Origin: an uncultured delta proteobacterium
Lineage (GTDB): Bacteria; Desulfobacterota; Binatia; UBA9968
Length of the DNA stretch: 64,000 nt
Reading direction: 5' to 3'
Assembly (NCBI GenBank): GCA_963728565.1
Contig: CAVSLC010000013.1
Location: 192,001 to 256,000, forward strand
This document shows positions 50,866 through 62,043 of this stretch, piece by piece. Positions within the stretch are counted from its first letter, which is position 1. Every line of letters begins with the position of its first letter. The notes under the pieces were generated by a model. The model did not search any database. It saw nothing but the letters and a program-made list of their open reading frames with translations, and was not told where the DNA came from. Made by a program: the position numbers and the translations under genes.

Positions 50866-51152
50866 GGATGAAAACAGAAGGGAGCTTGGTGCGTTGCGTG
50901 TCCTGGTTGAGAAACTCTGTAAGGAACCCGGCTTCCGTGGATGACCGGTTTTTCGTAAAGTATGGTGTCCTCAGTTCTCATGTCCTGGTTTCCATAATTT
51001 ATCGATGCACGTTCTTATGGTGAAATGGATCCAACCATCCAAGTAGCTGAAATGCAATTAGGCAAAAATTCGCATCTTGAAATCGCAAATATCAAGAAGT
51101 TCCGAATTCGGAGACGACGGATTACGATAAGTCTCTGTGATGTTTTGAATTC

Positions 51153-51244
51153 TGGCGGAGAGGGTGGGATTTGAACCCACGTTACCCTTTCGGGTAAACT
51201 TGATTTCGAGTCAAGCGCCTTCAGCCGGGCTCGGCCACCTCTCC
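51153..51244 (-). tRNA. tRNA-Ser(CGA)
   Basis: GGAGAGG acceptor, CTTGA-CTCGAAA-TCAAG anticodon arm, long variable arm, GTTCAAATC, encoded CCA. Confidence 0.96.
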
Positions 51245-51738
51245 AATCTTGTGATTCGTTTTTGTTCTCGCAGAGAACTAAAGAATTCCGCCAAAACAGT
51301 AGCACACTCTTCTGCCAGGACTCCAGCCGTATGCGAGACTTGGTGGTTAAGTCGCCGATCATCGCACAGGCGATAGAGCGATATAACAGCGCCCGCCTTC
51401 GGATCTAAACATCCGAATATAAGCCGCCGCAAGCGTCCCTGCAGGACGGCGCCTGCACACATGATGCAGGGTTCTAAGGTGACATAGAGATCGCACTCTG
51501 TAAGCCGCCAGTAACCTAGCTTCCGCGCAGCCTCGTCGAGGGCAAGGATTTCCGCATGAGCGATCGGACTTTGCAGTTCTTCTCGACGATTATAACCACG
51601 GCCGACAATCTGATTTTTGTGAACTACAATGGCGCCAACGGGAACTTCTCCCCTTTGACTTGCATGATGGGAAAGCTGCAATGCTAGCTTCATGAAGGAA
51701 ACGTCGCCCGGTAGGACGGTGGTTTCAATTTGATTCAT
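51211..51738 (-). CDS. tadA: tRNA adenosine(34) deaminase
   Basis: GEVPVGA, HAE, YVTLEPCIMC, DPKAGA, RLNH, FFSSLR; the ORF runs 34 nt into the tRNA. Confidence 0.93.
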   Translation of the reverse strand: MNQIETTVLPGDVSFMKLALQLSHHASQRGEVPVGAIVVHKNQIVGRGYNRREELQSPIAHAEILALDEAARKLGYWRLTECDLYVTLEPCIMCAGAVLQGRLRRLIFGCLDPKAGAVISLYRLCDDRRLNHQVSHTAGVLAEECATVLAEFFSSLREQKRITRLERWPSPAEGA

Positions 51739-51893
51739 TGGAACTTAAATCCTAGCATACCGATAATCGAGAATAAATTCCGCGATGAACAGCACCGAGC
51801 GAACTTTCAGACCTTCGGCTAAAAAGTTAACTCCGTCCGGTGAGGCTCCGCAATGAGGCTGCGGTTTACCTAGATGCTGGAGATACTGCTAGG

Positions 51894-52712
51894 TTAAGGA
51901 TGCATGTATTCAATGGGCGGTGGTTCGATATCGGTCGTGACATCTTTAACGCCGGGAACTGCTCTCGTGATCCGGACGATTTCCTTTTCCAGATCAGGAT
52001 CGGCCAAAATTCCCGAAATGTTTACGCGTCCAGCATCGCTTGTGACATTAAGAATAACATTGCGCGTCTTCGGCGACGTGATGAGCGCGGCTTGAACTCG
52101 TGCAGCAACCGTGAGATCTTGAAACGCTTTTTCGGATTCTGGAGTGGGCCGATACTCAGGTCTGCGGGCGGCTTCTGCGATCAAGTATGCAGCCATTTCC
52201 ACCGTGATCCGCGAAGTATTTAGAATGAGATCATAGCCGGTGGGATCCTGCCAGTCGATATTGAAAAGCGCCCGCAGGCGGCGACCTCGCACCCGATCCA
52301 GGTCCTTCAAAAACTGCCGCGCACTTTCGCCCCCGAGTCCCCTTTGCGCCTTTACCTGTTCAATCCGGTGGTCCATCGAGGCAACGATAAGCACCTTGAG
52401 AACATGCCTGATTCCTGGAAATAACTCCTGCCCGGCTCGACCGTGATATACGAGATTGCCTGCTTGAGCGACCTCACACATCGCCGCCTGCAAAGTGATC
52501 CGATAAAGCCTCAAACTTTCTAACCACCGCTCCCACCAGTGGCCCTGGGTCTCTAGCACCTCCTCAAACTTTGCCTCCGGTATTCCGTACCTTTGGCTCG
52601 CTTCGATCAAGACCTCTCGGTTTACGGACCGGTAATTCAGTGCCGCTGCGACCTGCTCGGCAATCGCACTTCCACCTGTGAATGCAGCATGAGAAATAGT
52701 AACGATTGCCAT
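51894..52712 (-). CDS. cytidylate kinase-like (Cytidylate_kin2) protein with C-terminal BON domain
   Basis: IVTIS..GG, VYHGRAG, YDLILNT; C-terminal GRVNISG...AVPGVKDV BON pattern. Confidence 0.8.
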   Translation of the reverse strand: MAIVTISHAAFTGGSAIAEQVAAALNYRSVNREVLIEASQRYGIPEAKFEEVLETQGHWWERWLESLRLYRITLQAAMCEVAQAGNLVYHGRAGQELFPGIRHVLKVLIVASMDHRIEQVKAQRGLGGESARQFLKDLDRVRGRRLRALFNIDWQDPTGYDLILNTSRITVEMAAYLIAEAARRPEYRPTPESEKAFQDLTVAARVQAALITSPKTRNVILNVTSDAGRVNISGILADPDLEKEIVRITRAVPGVKDVTTDIEPPPIEYMHP

Positions 52713-53228
52713 TGACCTCTAGCCTCCTTCCCACACGGTCCGGAATGCATGAACCAGCTATGGTAATCAAATATATCTAGATCGTACGGCCCCCTTTGGC
52801 CGAACCAAACAGGCGGCATTCTCCCACTCCTCTAACTAAGTAGTCAAGGCCATTTTAGATCTCTGCGGTAGCAGCAAAACACTTGTGGCCCCCTGCTGGG
52901 ACGCGAAGACTCAAATTTTCGCCATCTTTGCAGACCCCGGCAGACTCTTCCAGCCTTAAAGCGAGGGAGAGAACAGGCAACCTCTCAGGCCGTAAACAGC
53001 CAGTACGACATGATCTGATGAAGTGTGATTGTCTTAGCGACGAGGACACGGCGATCCAATAGAGCCAAGTCAGAAGGTCTGTTTCATCTACAGCGCAGAA
53101 CAAGTGAGAAACGCAGCCATTCTCGCCCTCTCCGTTGGAACACGGACACCAGCGCTCGAGGTTGCGGAGCCAGGTCAGTCAAAGATGAGGTTCAGGGAAG
53201 CCAGACTTCCACCGCGATCCCCATTGGC

Positions 53229-53609
53229 TTACACTTTGGTGAGCTTTCGTAGCTGTGTCAGCAGATCGAGAGCTCTGATAGGCTTCTGGATAAAACCATC
53301 ACATCCGCTATCTAAGCACCTGACCTTTATGTATGGAAACGCGCTAATCGCAATGATCGATGTTCCTGCTCTCATTGGATTTTCTCGGAGCGCCTTGACA
53401 ACATCGATCCCTTCCATATCAGACAATTCAATCTCGAGGAGTACGACGTCCGGAGCATGCTCTTTTGTGCTCTTTATGGCGCCCGCTCCAGTTCGAGCAA
53501 GTAAAATTGCGTAACCGGCTATAGTTAAGTGTTTCGTAAGGTAAGCGATCTCTTTTGGTTGCTTGCTGACTACGAGAACTGTCTTTGATTATGCGGACGC
53601 CACGTTCAT
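53229..53609 (-). pseudogene. atypical receiver-domain gene (phospho-Asp replaced by Glu) with an in-frame TAA near its start
   Basis: One frame reads MNVASA*SKTVLVVSKQ...APDVVLLEIELSDMEG...GCDGFIQKPI. Confidence 0.6.
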
Positions 53610-54157
53610 TTCCGGCCGGTGACTTGGAGCAACAAACATGCTTGCAATCGAATGACAAAAACCTTCGTTCATCAGCACGGATTAATTATCTCTGCGAATG
53701 AAAAGGTAGGCTCAATGGGCCACAGTTGTACAAACGTTGAACTACGGTTTGTTAAGCGGTGCCTAGAGTCAGGGATGTGGATTCGGCGGTCCGAAGCTAA
53801 AAATCCGCGACTATACAGTCGGGTAACGACCAGGTTACCTTGACATTGCGAACTAGCCGAAATAAGGCTGCGGAGAGGATTTGCAGAGTAAGCTACGATG
53901 GAAGAGGCAGTGGGGCCGGTCAATGTTACCCGAAGAAACCTGAGGTTAACGGACGCAAGATCTAAGAGTTCATGGTTTAAGTCTGATGCCGCAGATTGGA
54001 GGCCTAGCCGATCATCCGATTGGACCATTATCTATCTATTCGTTGTCGGGTCGCTGCTAATCGATACCGATCTCAGAGACTGGCGGCGATGGTGCGCACC
54101 ACACTCGATTGGAATCTCATCATCCGTGGAGAACCATATGGGAAAGGGCAGCCCGCT

Positions 54158-55153
54158 ATGAAATCACCGTGCGGCCTCTCTCTTCTAGCTATGGGTTTGT
54201 TCATGTTTCTTGCCGTAACGGCTAGTGAAGGCGCAACTCTAGCGCGCTTGAGAGTCGGCTACCCGTCGCCCAGCGCCAGCTTCTTTCCTCTATTTGCCAC
54301 TAAAGAAGCCGGGCTTTTGGAAAAATATGGATTCGACACCGAGATGGTCTATGTCCAGGGCGTGCAGCTGGTGCAGGTCCATGTTGCCGGACAGCTCGAT
54401 GTGTCGACGATTTCATCTGTGGTTTATCTTCAGGCCTCCGTCGAGGGGGCCGATCTGATTCAGGTGGCAAGCTCCATTGACAACCAACTGATGAAACTCA
54501 TGGTTCATCCGTCGATAGCAAAGCCCGAAGATCTCAGGGGGAAAACACTCGCGGTGACGCGATTCGGGTCGCTCACCGACCTTCTAATTCGTCCGGTGCT
54601 GAAGAACTGGGGACTCGAGCCGCAGAAGGATGTGAAGCTGATTCAGATCGGCAGAATGCCGGATATAGCGACCGCGATCGCTCAAAAATCGGTCGACGGG
54701 GGTGTCATCTCTTTTCCGACGTCGGTCCAAGCGGAAAAGATGAATATCAAAACCATGCTGGATTTTGCCGACTCCGGTTTCGAGTTACCGGCAACCACGG
54801 TGGTGGTGAGCCGACGTTATAGCAAGAGTAATCGAGATACCGTGTTGAGATTTCTCAAGGCTTATATCGAAGGGACACGGCGGCTTTTCGCAGACCGAGA
54901 ACTGGGCATCCGTGCTCTGCGGCGGTATGGCGGCATTAGCGACCGCGATATGCTATCGACGACATACGATCTTTTTACTTCCCGATACATCAAGAAAATT
55001 CCCACAGTAAATGCCAAGGGAGTTGAAAACTCGTTAGGCTTGATTGCGGAAACCAACCCCAGAGCAAAAAACCGCAAAGCCGAGGAGTTTATGGACACCA
55101 GCTTTATGGAGGAACTGGAGAGCACGGGGTTCATCAGCTCGGTTTGGAAGTGA
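54158..55153 (+). CDS. ABC transporter substrate-binding protein, NMT1/SsuA-like
   Basis: LRVGY, EAGLLEKYG, PEDLRGKTLAVTRFGS; signal peptide. Confidence 0.85.
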   Translation: MKSPCGLSLLAMGLFMFLAVTASEGATLARLRVGYPSPSASFFPLFATKEAGLLEKYGFDTEMVYVQGVQLVQVHVAGQLDVSTISSVVYLQASVEGADLIQVASSIDNQLMKLMVHPSIAKPEDLRGKTLAVTRFGSLTDLLIRPVLKNWGLEPQKDVKLIQIGRMPDIATAIAQKSVDGGVISFPTSVQAEKMNIKTMLDFADSGFELPATTVVVSRRYSKSNRDTVLRFLKAYIEGTRRLFADRELGIRALRRYGGISDRDMLSTTYDLFTSRYIKKIPTVNAKGVENSLGLIAETNPRAKNRKAEEFMDTSFMEELESTGFISSVWK

Positions 55154-55288
55154 CGCGAATATACGTTCGCAACAGCCCGGTAGCCGTGCAGGACAGGCTC
55201 GAGTTTCGAGCAAACAAAGAAAGTCAAAGCAGTTCCTTTGTTTTTGCCGCTAAAGCAAGGATAACTAGAGCGGTAAGGAGATCAGTCG

Positions 55289-56329
55289 ATGCTTCTCAAG
55301 ATATCAGCCTACCTGGCTTGCATATCTCTCCTAACAGTCACCTATACAGTTGACGCGCAGACTCCTTTCTATCAAGGAAAAACCGTTCGTATCGTCGTCG
55401 GGAATTTAGCGGGCGATACGCACGACCTCTTTGCGCGCGCTTATGCGCGCAGTATGGGCAAATACCTTCCGGGAAATCCGGAAATCATCGTACAGAACAT
55501 GCCCGGCGCGGGCACCATGATCGCCGCCAATCATGTATACAATATTGCCAAGCCCGATGGTTTGACGCTGGGTTCACTTTCGCCAGCTCTTTATTACGCG
55601 CAGCTCACCGGCAGCAAGGAAGTTAAATTCGATTGGCCGAAGTTTACATGGATCGGTTCGCCGGAACGCAACGGCCACGTATTATTCATGCGCTCGGATT
55701 CTCCCTACAAGACGCTCGACGATATTCGAGACGCCAAAGAACCGCCACGTTGTTCGGCCACCGGGGTCGGAACCAGCGGCCATGATGTACCAAAATTATT
55801 TGAGGAAACTCTTGGCTTGAAATTTCGTATTATTACAGGCTATCCCGGCGGCGCCGAACAAGATCTCGCCATGGAAAGAGGCGAGGTGCACTGCCGGGCG
55901 ATTACAACCGCGGCTTTTTTTGCGCGCGAGCCGTTTAAAACCTGGTACAAAGCAGGATTTGTTCGAATCATGATTCAAACCTCGCGGCAGCGCAATTCTA
56001 AAGTCTCGGATGTGCCGACGCTTTTTGAGTTGATGGAGCAACATAAAACACCGGAGATCAAGCGACGCCAGGCGCTGGTTTATCTAGGCGCCGGCGGATT
56101 CGGCTCCTGGCCGATTCTTTCAAGCCCGGGACTGCCGGCCGATCGCGCGACGATCCTACGCGATGCGTACGCCAAGACGCTTAGAGACCCAGATTTCCTG
56201 AGTGAAGCGAAGAAACACGGCTGGGAATTGAGACCCGTCAGCGGCGAAGAGTTGCAAGCCTTGGCCAAGGAAGTTATCGACCAGCCCCCTGAGGTGGTCG
56301 AATGGTTGAAAAAATTGCTGGCAAAGTAA
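55289..56329 (+). CDS. Bug/TctC substrate-binding protein
   Basis: FYQGKT, QNMPGAG, KPDGLT, GYPGG, LAMERGEV. Confidence 0.88.
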   Translation: MLLKISAYLACISLLTVTYTVDAQTPFYQGKTVRIVVGNLAGDTHDLFARAYARSMGKYLPGNPEIIVQNMPGAGTMIAANHVYNIAKPDGLTLGSLSPALYYAQLTGSKEVKFDWPKFTWIGSPERNGHVLFMRSDSPYKTLDDIRDAKEPPRCSATGVGTSGHDVPKLFEETLGLKFRIITGYPGGAEQDLAMERGEVHCRAITTAAFFAREPFKTWYKAGFVRIMIQTSRQRNSKVSDVPTLFELMEQHKTPEIKRRQALVYLGAGGFGSWPILSSPGLPADRATILRDAYAKTLRDPDFLSEAKKHGWELRPVSGEELQALAKEVIDQPPEVVEWLKKLLAK

Positions 56330-56352
56330 TCCGGAATGTGAGGTCGCAGCCT

Positions 56353-57438
56353 ATGTACCGAATACACCCGTTTAACTCTTCTATAGCTCCGAGGTTCAAT
56401 GGCATCTTTCTGTGTACCCTGACGATTATCGGCCTGTGGAGTTCGTTTCACGTTCAACCGGGACTTGCGCAGACTCCTTTTTATCAGGGGAAAACCATTC
56501 GGGTGATCGTCGGTTATCAGCCAGGCGACAGTCACGATCAGTGGGCGCGTACTTACGTGCGCTTCTTAGGCAAGCACATCCCCGGCAATCCCGAGTTCGT
56601 GGTACAAAACATGCCGGGCGCGGGTGGGATGATTGCCGCGAATCATATCTACAATCTGACCAAGCCCGATGGGCTAACTCTGGGCTCCTTTGGCGGCGCG
56701 CTTTTTATGGCGCAGATCACCGGCCGTAAGGAAGTCCAGTTCGATTGGCCCAAGTTTAATTGGCTTATGACACCCGAGCGCGGTGGGCACTTGGTATTCA
56801 TGCGCACCGACATTCCGCAGAAGACCTTCGATGATCTTCGACAAACCAATGATCCACCAAAATGCTCGGCCACCGGCGTGGGCAGCTCGGGCTATGATAT
56901 CCCGCGACTGCTCGAGGAAGCGTTGGGATTTAAGTTTCAGGTCATCAGCGGTTATCCAGGCGGCGCAGAGCAGGACCTGGCAATGGAACGCGGCGAGGTT
57001 CACTGTCGCGCCTTTACGATCGATGCTTTCTTCGGCCGGGAACCATTTCCTGGCTGGATCAGGAAGGGATTCATCAAGGTTTGGCTTCAAACCGAGCGCA
57101 AACGCAATCCCAAGCTGCCCGAGGTTCCGACCGTATTTGAACTGATGGATCAGTACAAGGTCAGCGAGCCCAAGCGGCGTTTAGTTGAAGCGTATCTGGG
57201 CATTTGGGGCTTCGGCTCACGTCCTATCGTTACCTCGCCGGGCGCTCCGGCGGATCGGGTAAAAATTTTTCGCGATGCTTTCGCCAAGATGTTCAAAGAC
57301 TCGGAATTCATGGATGAGATAAAGAAAAGAAGATGGGAGATAAGTCCGGTAAGCGGCGAAGAACTACAAGCGCTGGCCAACGAAGTCGTCGATCAGCCGG
57401 CCGACGTCACAGCGGCGACTGAAACGAATTTTAAGTAA
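56353..57438 (+). CDS. Bug/TctC substrate-binding protein (tandem paralog)
   Basis: Same motifs, clearly similar to 55289-56329; probable indel in the last few codons. Confidence 0.85.
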   Translation: MYRIHPFNSSIAPRFNGIFLCTLTIIGLWSSFHVQPGLAQTPFYQGKTIRVIVGYQPGDSHDQWARTYVRFLGKHIPGNPEFVVQNMPGAGGMIAANHIYNLTKPDGLTLGSFGGALFMAQITGRKEVQFDWPKFNWLMTPERGGHLVFMRTDIPQKTFDDLRQTNDPPKCSATGVGSSGYDIPRLLEEALGFKFQVISGYPGGAEQDLAMERGEVHCRAFTIDAFFGREPFPGWIRKGFIKVWLQTERKRNPKLPEVPTVFELMDQYKVSEPKRRLVEAYLGIWGFGSRPIVTSPGAPADRVKIFRDAFAKMFKDSEFMDEIKKRRWEISPVSGEELQALANEVVDQPADVTAATETNFK

Positions 57439-57655
57439 ATAAGTCTCTGATTGCGCCGGGGAATTTTGCGCTCTCGGTCGGTAACCAGCCATTGCATATT
57501 GCCTACGCCATAAGTTGGAAGCCAAAGTCAATTCTGAGTTCCGCGCTTTCAAACTCATTGCAGTCGTTGGCGTGGAGGTTGAACGACTAATCGCAAATCA
57601 ATTTCACTAGGAACGGCTGAGTTCTAAAGAGTTGCGATTGAACGCACTAAACGGC

Positions 57656-58843
57656 TTACCGGTGCAAGGCCACAAAGGCAAAAACCTTTGCTGCATTGAA
57701 AACGTCGTTGAGCGACACCAGGTCGTGATCGGTATGCTGGAAGCGAATATCGCGGGAGCCATAATTGATCGCTTGAATGCCGCGAAAATTGAATAGGCCG
57801 GTGTCGTTGGCTGCGGTGGAAAAGGTATATTGCGGCTCGTAGTTTAGGACTGTTCGGATGCCGTGCTCGAGGGCGCGCACCACCTCGGCATCCTTGCCGA
57901 CTTCGCTCGGGTACATGAAATCCTTCGGCTGAACCTCAATCTCATACGGTTCAATTATGCCGATGGCGTCAATCATCTGCTGCACAGCTCTTTTGGGATC
58001 GTCGCCGGGAAGAAGCCGGCGATCAAACATGATGCGGCACTCGCTCTGGATCGTATGGGTGGCTTTGGGAAAACTCTCGATCGAATTGGCCGCGAGACTC
58101 ACCTTTCCTAATGAACCGTGATTTCTGGCTTCCGGATAGGGCATTAACGGTTTGAGCCTGTCCAAGTACCTTCATCGCGCCTTCGATGGCGTTGATGCCC
58201 TCCCACGGACGGCTACTGTGGCTCTGTTTGCCGCGCACGATCACCAGCACATCAATACGGCCTTTATTGCCAAGTTGGATTTCGGGAGGGCCGTCGATGA
58301 TGCACCAGTCCGCTTCGACCCGGCCATGATCCAGAACATAAGCCAGCGAATCGTGCCGTCCAGTTTCGCCGGCGGTACTGACAATCAGATAGAGATCCGA
58401 AGGAAGCTCGATTTTGCTGGCGCCAAGAAAGCGAATGGCCGCGATCATCGCGGCAAGACTCCCCTTCTGCTCACACGCTCCCCGGCCCCACACGCACTCG
58501 CCATTCAATTTGTAGGGCGCGCCATCGACGATCTCTCCTGAATAAGGGTTTGGCATCGTACTCGGCGCCGCATTCATCGCGTAACCCACAAGCATGAGAC
58601 GGTCATTTCGCGTCCTTCCTTTGATGTGCAGGATGAGATTTCCCATGCCATCGATGACGGCCGTAAACCGGCTTGTTCCAGCTCCGGCTTGACGATGTCG
58701 CGGATCAGCGCAAGGACCTGCGGCTCTGCTTCGAGAAGCGCGGTTTGCGGGCTGGCGTGCCGCACCAGTTTTACAGCAAGCCGCTTCACCTCATCGTAAG
58801 ACAGGTTCTTCTCGATCAATTTTTTCGCGGTATCCGCATCCAT
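57656..58843 (-). CDS. M20/ArgE-DapE family peptidase/deacylase; frameshifts near 58655 and 58165
   Basis: MGNLI, WGRGACEQKG, AGETG, GKQSHSSRPWEGINAI, DRRLLPG and QHTDHD across three frames. Confidence 0.8.
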
Positions 58844-58898
58844 CCGCTCATTCCATTTGTTTTGCTTTGAAAGGCCTTCAGTACCTTGCCGACTTCTT

Positions 58899-60669
58899 TC
58901 AATGTCCTTCAAATTGGCCGCCGACCCTGCCGATCTTTCGCGCAATCACGATGAGCGTGACACAAACCATACTGATGATCAGAGCCAGAGAACACATCGG
59001 CCCGAGATTGCCGTCGACGTAAAAATGATACAGCAGCGGCCCGAGAGGCTCCGAGCCCGGCGAATAGAGGAACACGGAAGCGCTGAACTCGCGCAGAAAA
59101 ATCGTTGCGAGAATTATCCAGCCGGCGAGAAAGCCGGGACGAAGCAGCGGCAGCAGAATGCGTCGAAAGGTCGTCATGAAGCTGGCGCCGCAAGCCATCG
59201 AAGCCTGCGGCAGATCGTCGTGCAGCTGAACAATCGTGCTGGTCATCGTGCGCAAGCCGTACGGCAAGAATCGGGTGATATAGGCGATCATGAGGATCCA
59301 CAAAGTCCCGTATATGGGCAGCGGCATATAGACATAGGTCCAGAGCAGGCCAATGGCCAGCGCTGTTCCGGGGAAGGCCCACGGTATGAACGTCAACGCT
59401 TCGATCACGCCGCGCCCGGCGGTCCGGCTTTTCGTCGTCACCCAGGCGGTCAATGACGCGATCAGCATGCACAACGTCGCGCCGCCTACCGCGAGAAAAA
59501 TACTATTTTGAAACGCCCGGTAAGTTCGCGTATCACCGAAATTGGACCGATAGTTATCCAGGGTTAACAGCTCCCAGGTCTTGGCGCTCGGCACATGAAC
59601 ATAGGAGACGAAAGAAACGTAGATCATTACAAGAAGCGGTAAAACGACGATCAGTATGAGGATCAAACCGGCGAGCACCGATGCGCCGTAAGCGCCATTT
59701 TCCGAGATCGATGATGGTTGGCCGGTAGCCGCGTCCGGTGACCGTAACGTAGCGTTCCGAGCGCATCGTGAGACGGCGATAGAAGTAGACGAAAAGCATT
59801 GTGATAATCAGCAGCGAGACCGCATACGCCGCCGCCAGATTCTGGTTCGGCGGGAACGCGCCCACCGCCTCGCGGTAGATCTTGGTGGTGAACACTTCGA
59901 TGCGTGCCGGCAGGGCTATAATCGCCGGCGTATCGAAGCTCTCGATAGCGCGAACAAAATTGAGCATCGTTGCCGCCAGCAACGCCGGACGAATGATCGG
60001 AAATGTAATCCGCCGGGCGGTTTGCATATTCGTCGATCCAGCGACGCGCGCCGATTCCTCCAGCGACGGATCCATGGAATAGAGCGACGCTGAGATCAGC
60101 AAAAACGCCAACGGCGTCGTGATCAATGCTTCGACGTACACCATGCCCCAGATCGAGTACACATTTAACGGCGCGTCGGCGAGACCGAATACGTCCATCA
60201 GCACGCGGTTGATCAGACCCGTGCGCGGACTCAGCAGAACGGTCCACGATACCGCCAGCATAACGGGCGGAAAGACGTTCGGCACAATCGCCGTCAGCTC
60301 AAAAACTCTTCTGAACGGCGCATTGGTGCGTATCGAAATCCATGCCAGGGTGGCTGCCAGCACGGTCGAAAGTATGGCCGAACCGCTGGCAAATACAAAT
60401 GAGTTCAAAAGCAGCTGATAGGTCTGCGCATCCGTGTAGGCGCCAATATAGTGGCCGAGAGTGAAGTCGCCCGGCACGCCCAACGGTGTGCTGCGGAAGC
60501 TGCCGTAGAACAGCATCAGGGTGGGTGACAAGCTCAGGTAAGCGATGACGATCCCGACTACCATAACCACCCCGAGCTCCGGATTTTTCCGAAAAGCGCG
60601 GAGGGGCCGATCCAAGAGCCGACTCCGAGTTGAGGAATCTGTTAAGGCGTTACCTTTGACGGTACTCAT
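58899..60669 (-). CDS. ABC permease, FbpB/ThiP-like (two BPD modules); frameshift near 59690
   Basis: MDPSLEESARVAG and LPQASMACGA EAA-type loops, YVTVTGRGYRP linker. Confidence 0.85.
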
Positions 60670-60747
60670 AAATAGGAAGAGGGCGGGCCTCGCAACGCTT
60701 CACGCAGGGCCAGCCCTCTCTCCCTCATCGTACAAGCAAATGCCTGG

Positions 60748-61755
60748 TTACTTCTTGAAAAAGATCTCCCGGAAGGTACCGGTCATCAGCTTCTTGAATT
60801 CGTCCTCGGACGGATTATCCATGAAGATCAAATTGGGAGCGACCTTTTCCGCATCCTTGATGGGTGGTAACACTCCGGGATAGAGCACGAACTCCCCTTC
60901 CTCGGCCACCAGCTTTTGACCATCGGCCGAAGTGATGAATTCGATATAGAGCTTAGCCGCGTTTGGATTGGCCGCCTTGGCACTCAGGCTCATATAGTTC
61001 GGATCGCTCAAATACTTGTCCATTAATACGTAACCCACCGGACCTTTGTACTGTTTGACATATTTGATGTAGGTGATGCCCACCGGAGCCTCGCCCTTGA
61101 TGATGGTGGTCGTCACCGGCGCCAGGGATTCGACAAGCAGAGGTCTTTGGTTGGCCAACGCTTTGACCAGATCCAACCATTTGTCTCCTTTGAACTCTTT
61201 AAGATTCCACAAAAATTGCGCCGTGGTGGTGTGGCGCGTGGGATCGGGCATGGTAATCTTGCCGGTCCATTTGGCAGTCGCAAGATCGTCGAATGTTTTC
61301 GGCAAATCGCCCGGCTTTACCATGTCGGTATTGTACAGGATGCTGATGGGAAGGACCCGCCAAGGGGTGATCATGCCATCTTTCTCTTTGAACTGCGCGG
61401 GAAACTTTTCCGATGACGGCGGCACGTACTTCTGGAACAGTCCGTCGTCGCGCATGATCAGCTGAACACCGCGATTGCCTTCGACGACATCGAAGCCGGG
61501 TTTGCCGGCGCGCCATTCGGTGAGCGCCCGTTCCGATACCCCTGTCGACGAGCCGCGCCAGTATTCAACCGAGATGCCGTATTTTTTCTCAAATGCCGCA
61601 TGGAGCGGTTTCATGGCCTGAGGAACCTGGGCCCCATACACAACGACTCTGCCTTCTTTCTTGGCGGCCTCGATGTTTGGTTGCTGCGCCACCGCATTGC
61701 CGGCCGACAGCCAAGCTATTATCGGAATGACACTCAGGCTTATTTTCCAACCCAT
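60748..61755 (-). CDS. extracellular solute-binding protein (Fe3+/thiamine/polyamine class)
   Basis: AAKKEGRVVVY, YNTDMV, PKTFDDL, NPNAAKLYIEF; signal peptide. Confidence 0.87.
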   Translation of the reverse strand: MGWKISLSVIPIIAWLSAGNAVAQQPNIEAAKKEGRVVVYGAQVPQAMKPLHAAFEKKYGISVEYWRGSSTGVSERALTEWRAGKPGFDVVEGNRGVQLIMRDDGLFQKYVPPSSEKFPAQFKEKDGMITPWRVLPISILYNTDMVKPGDLPKTFDDLATAKWTGKITMPDPTRHTTTAQFLWNLKEFKGDKWLDLVKALANQRPLLVESLAPVTTTIIKGEAPVGITYIKYVKQYKGPVGYVLMDKYLSDPNYMSLSAKAANPNAAKLYIEFITSADGQKLVAEEGEFVLYPGVLPPIKDAEKVAPNLIFMDNPSEDEFKKLMTGTFREIFFKK

Positions 61756-62043
61756 GGAACCTCCTTATTAGTGAGAACGATTAAGCAGGGGTAATAAGTA
61801 TATATCGGAAGCCTCTAAGTCAAGAAAAGCGGTGATTCATTGCTTCATTATTCGTGGCACTTGGCTCAGCCATGCCATCTCTCAAGGTCGCAGCAGTCCC
61901 TGAAAGCCATAATGAAGATACATATCAAAATCGAAGTAAAGGTTTTATCGCTCACTGCCGCTGAAGTGGATTCGGCCTATCGGACCGAAGAGAACCCTGA
62001 AATCCTTTGAATATTATAGAGCGATCCTCAAGCAAGCTCGGAA

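Larger units (their letters stand above)
40270..51152. mobile_element. decayed genomic island between two tRNA-Ser genes
   Basis: Interrupts the tadA-tRNA-Ser-ffs-dnaX neighbourhood at a tRNA 3' end; low coding density; RadC, UvrD and TPR relics; no integrase or separate att copy found. Confidence 0.5.

Noticed and set aside
51015-51376. ORFs overlapping tRNA-Ser(CGA), other than tadA
   Set aside because: Shadow frames over the tRNA and tadA.
52860-52990. Possible c-di-GMP-I riboswitch (GCAAAAC...GGGACGCGAAG)
   Set aside because: No GNRA-capped P2 stem or matching P1/P3 pairing could be built, and there is no suitable downstream gene.
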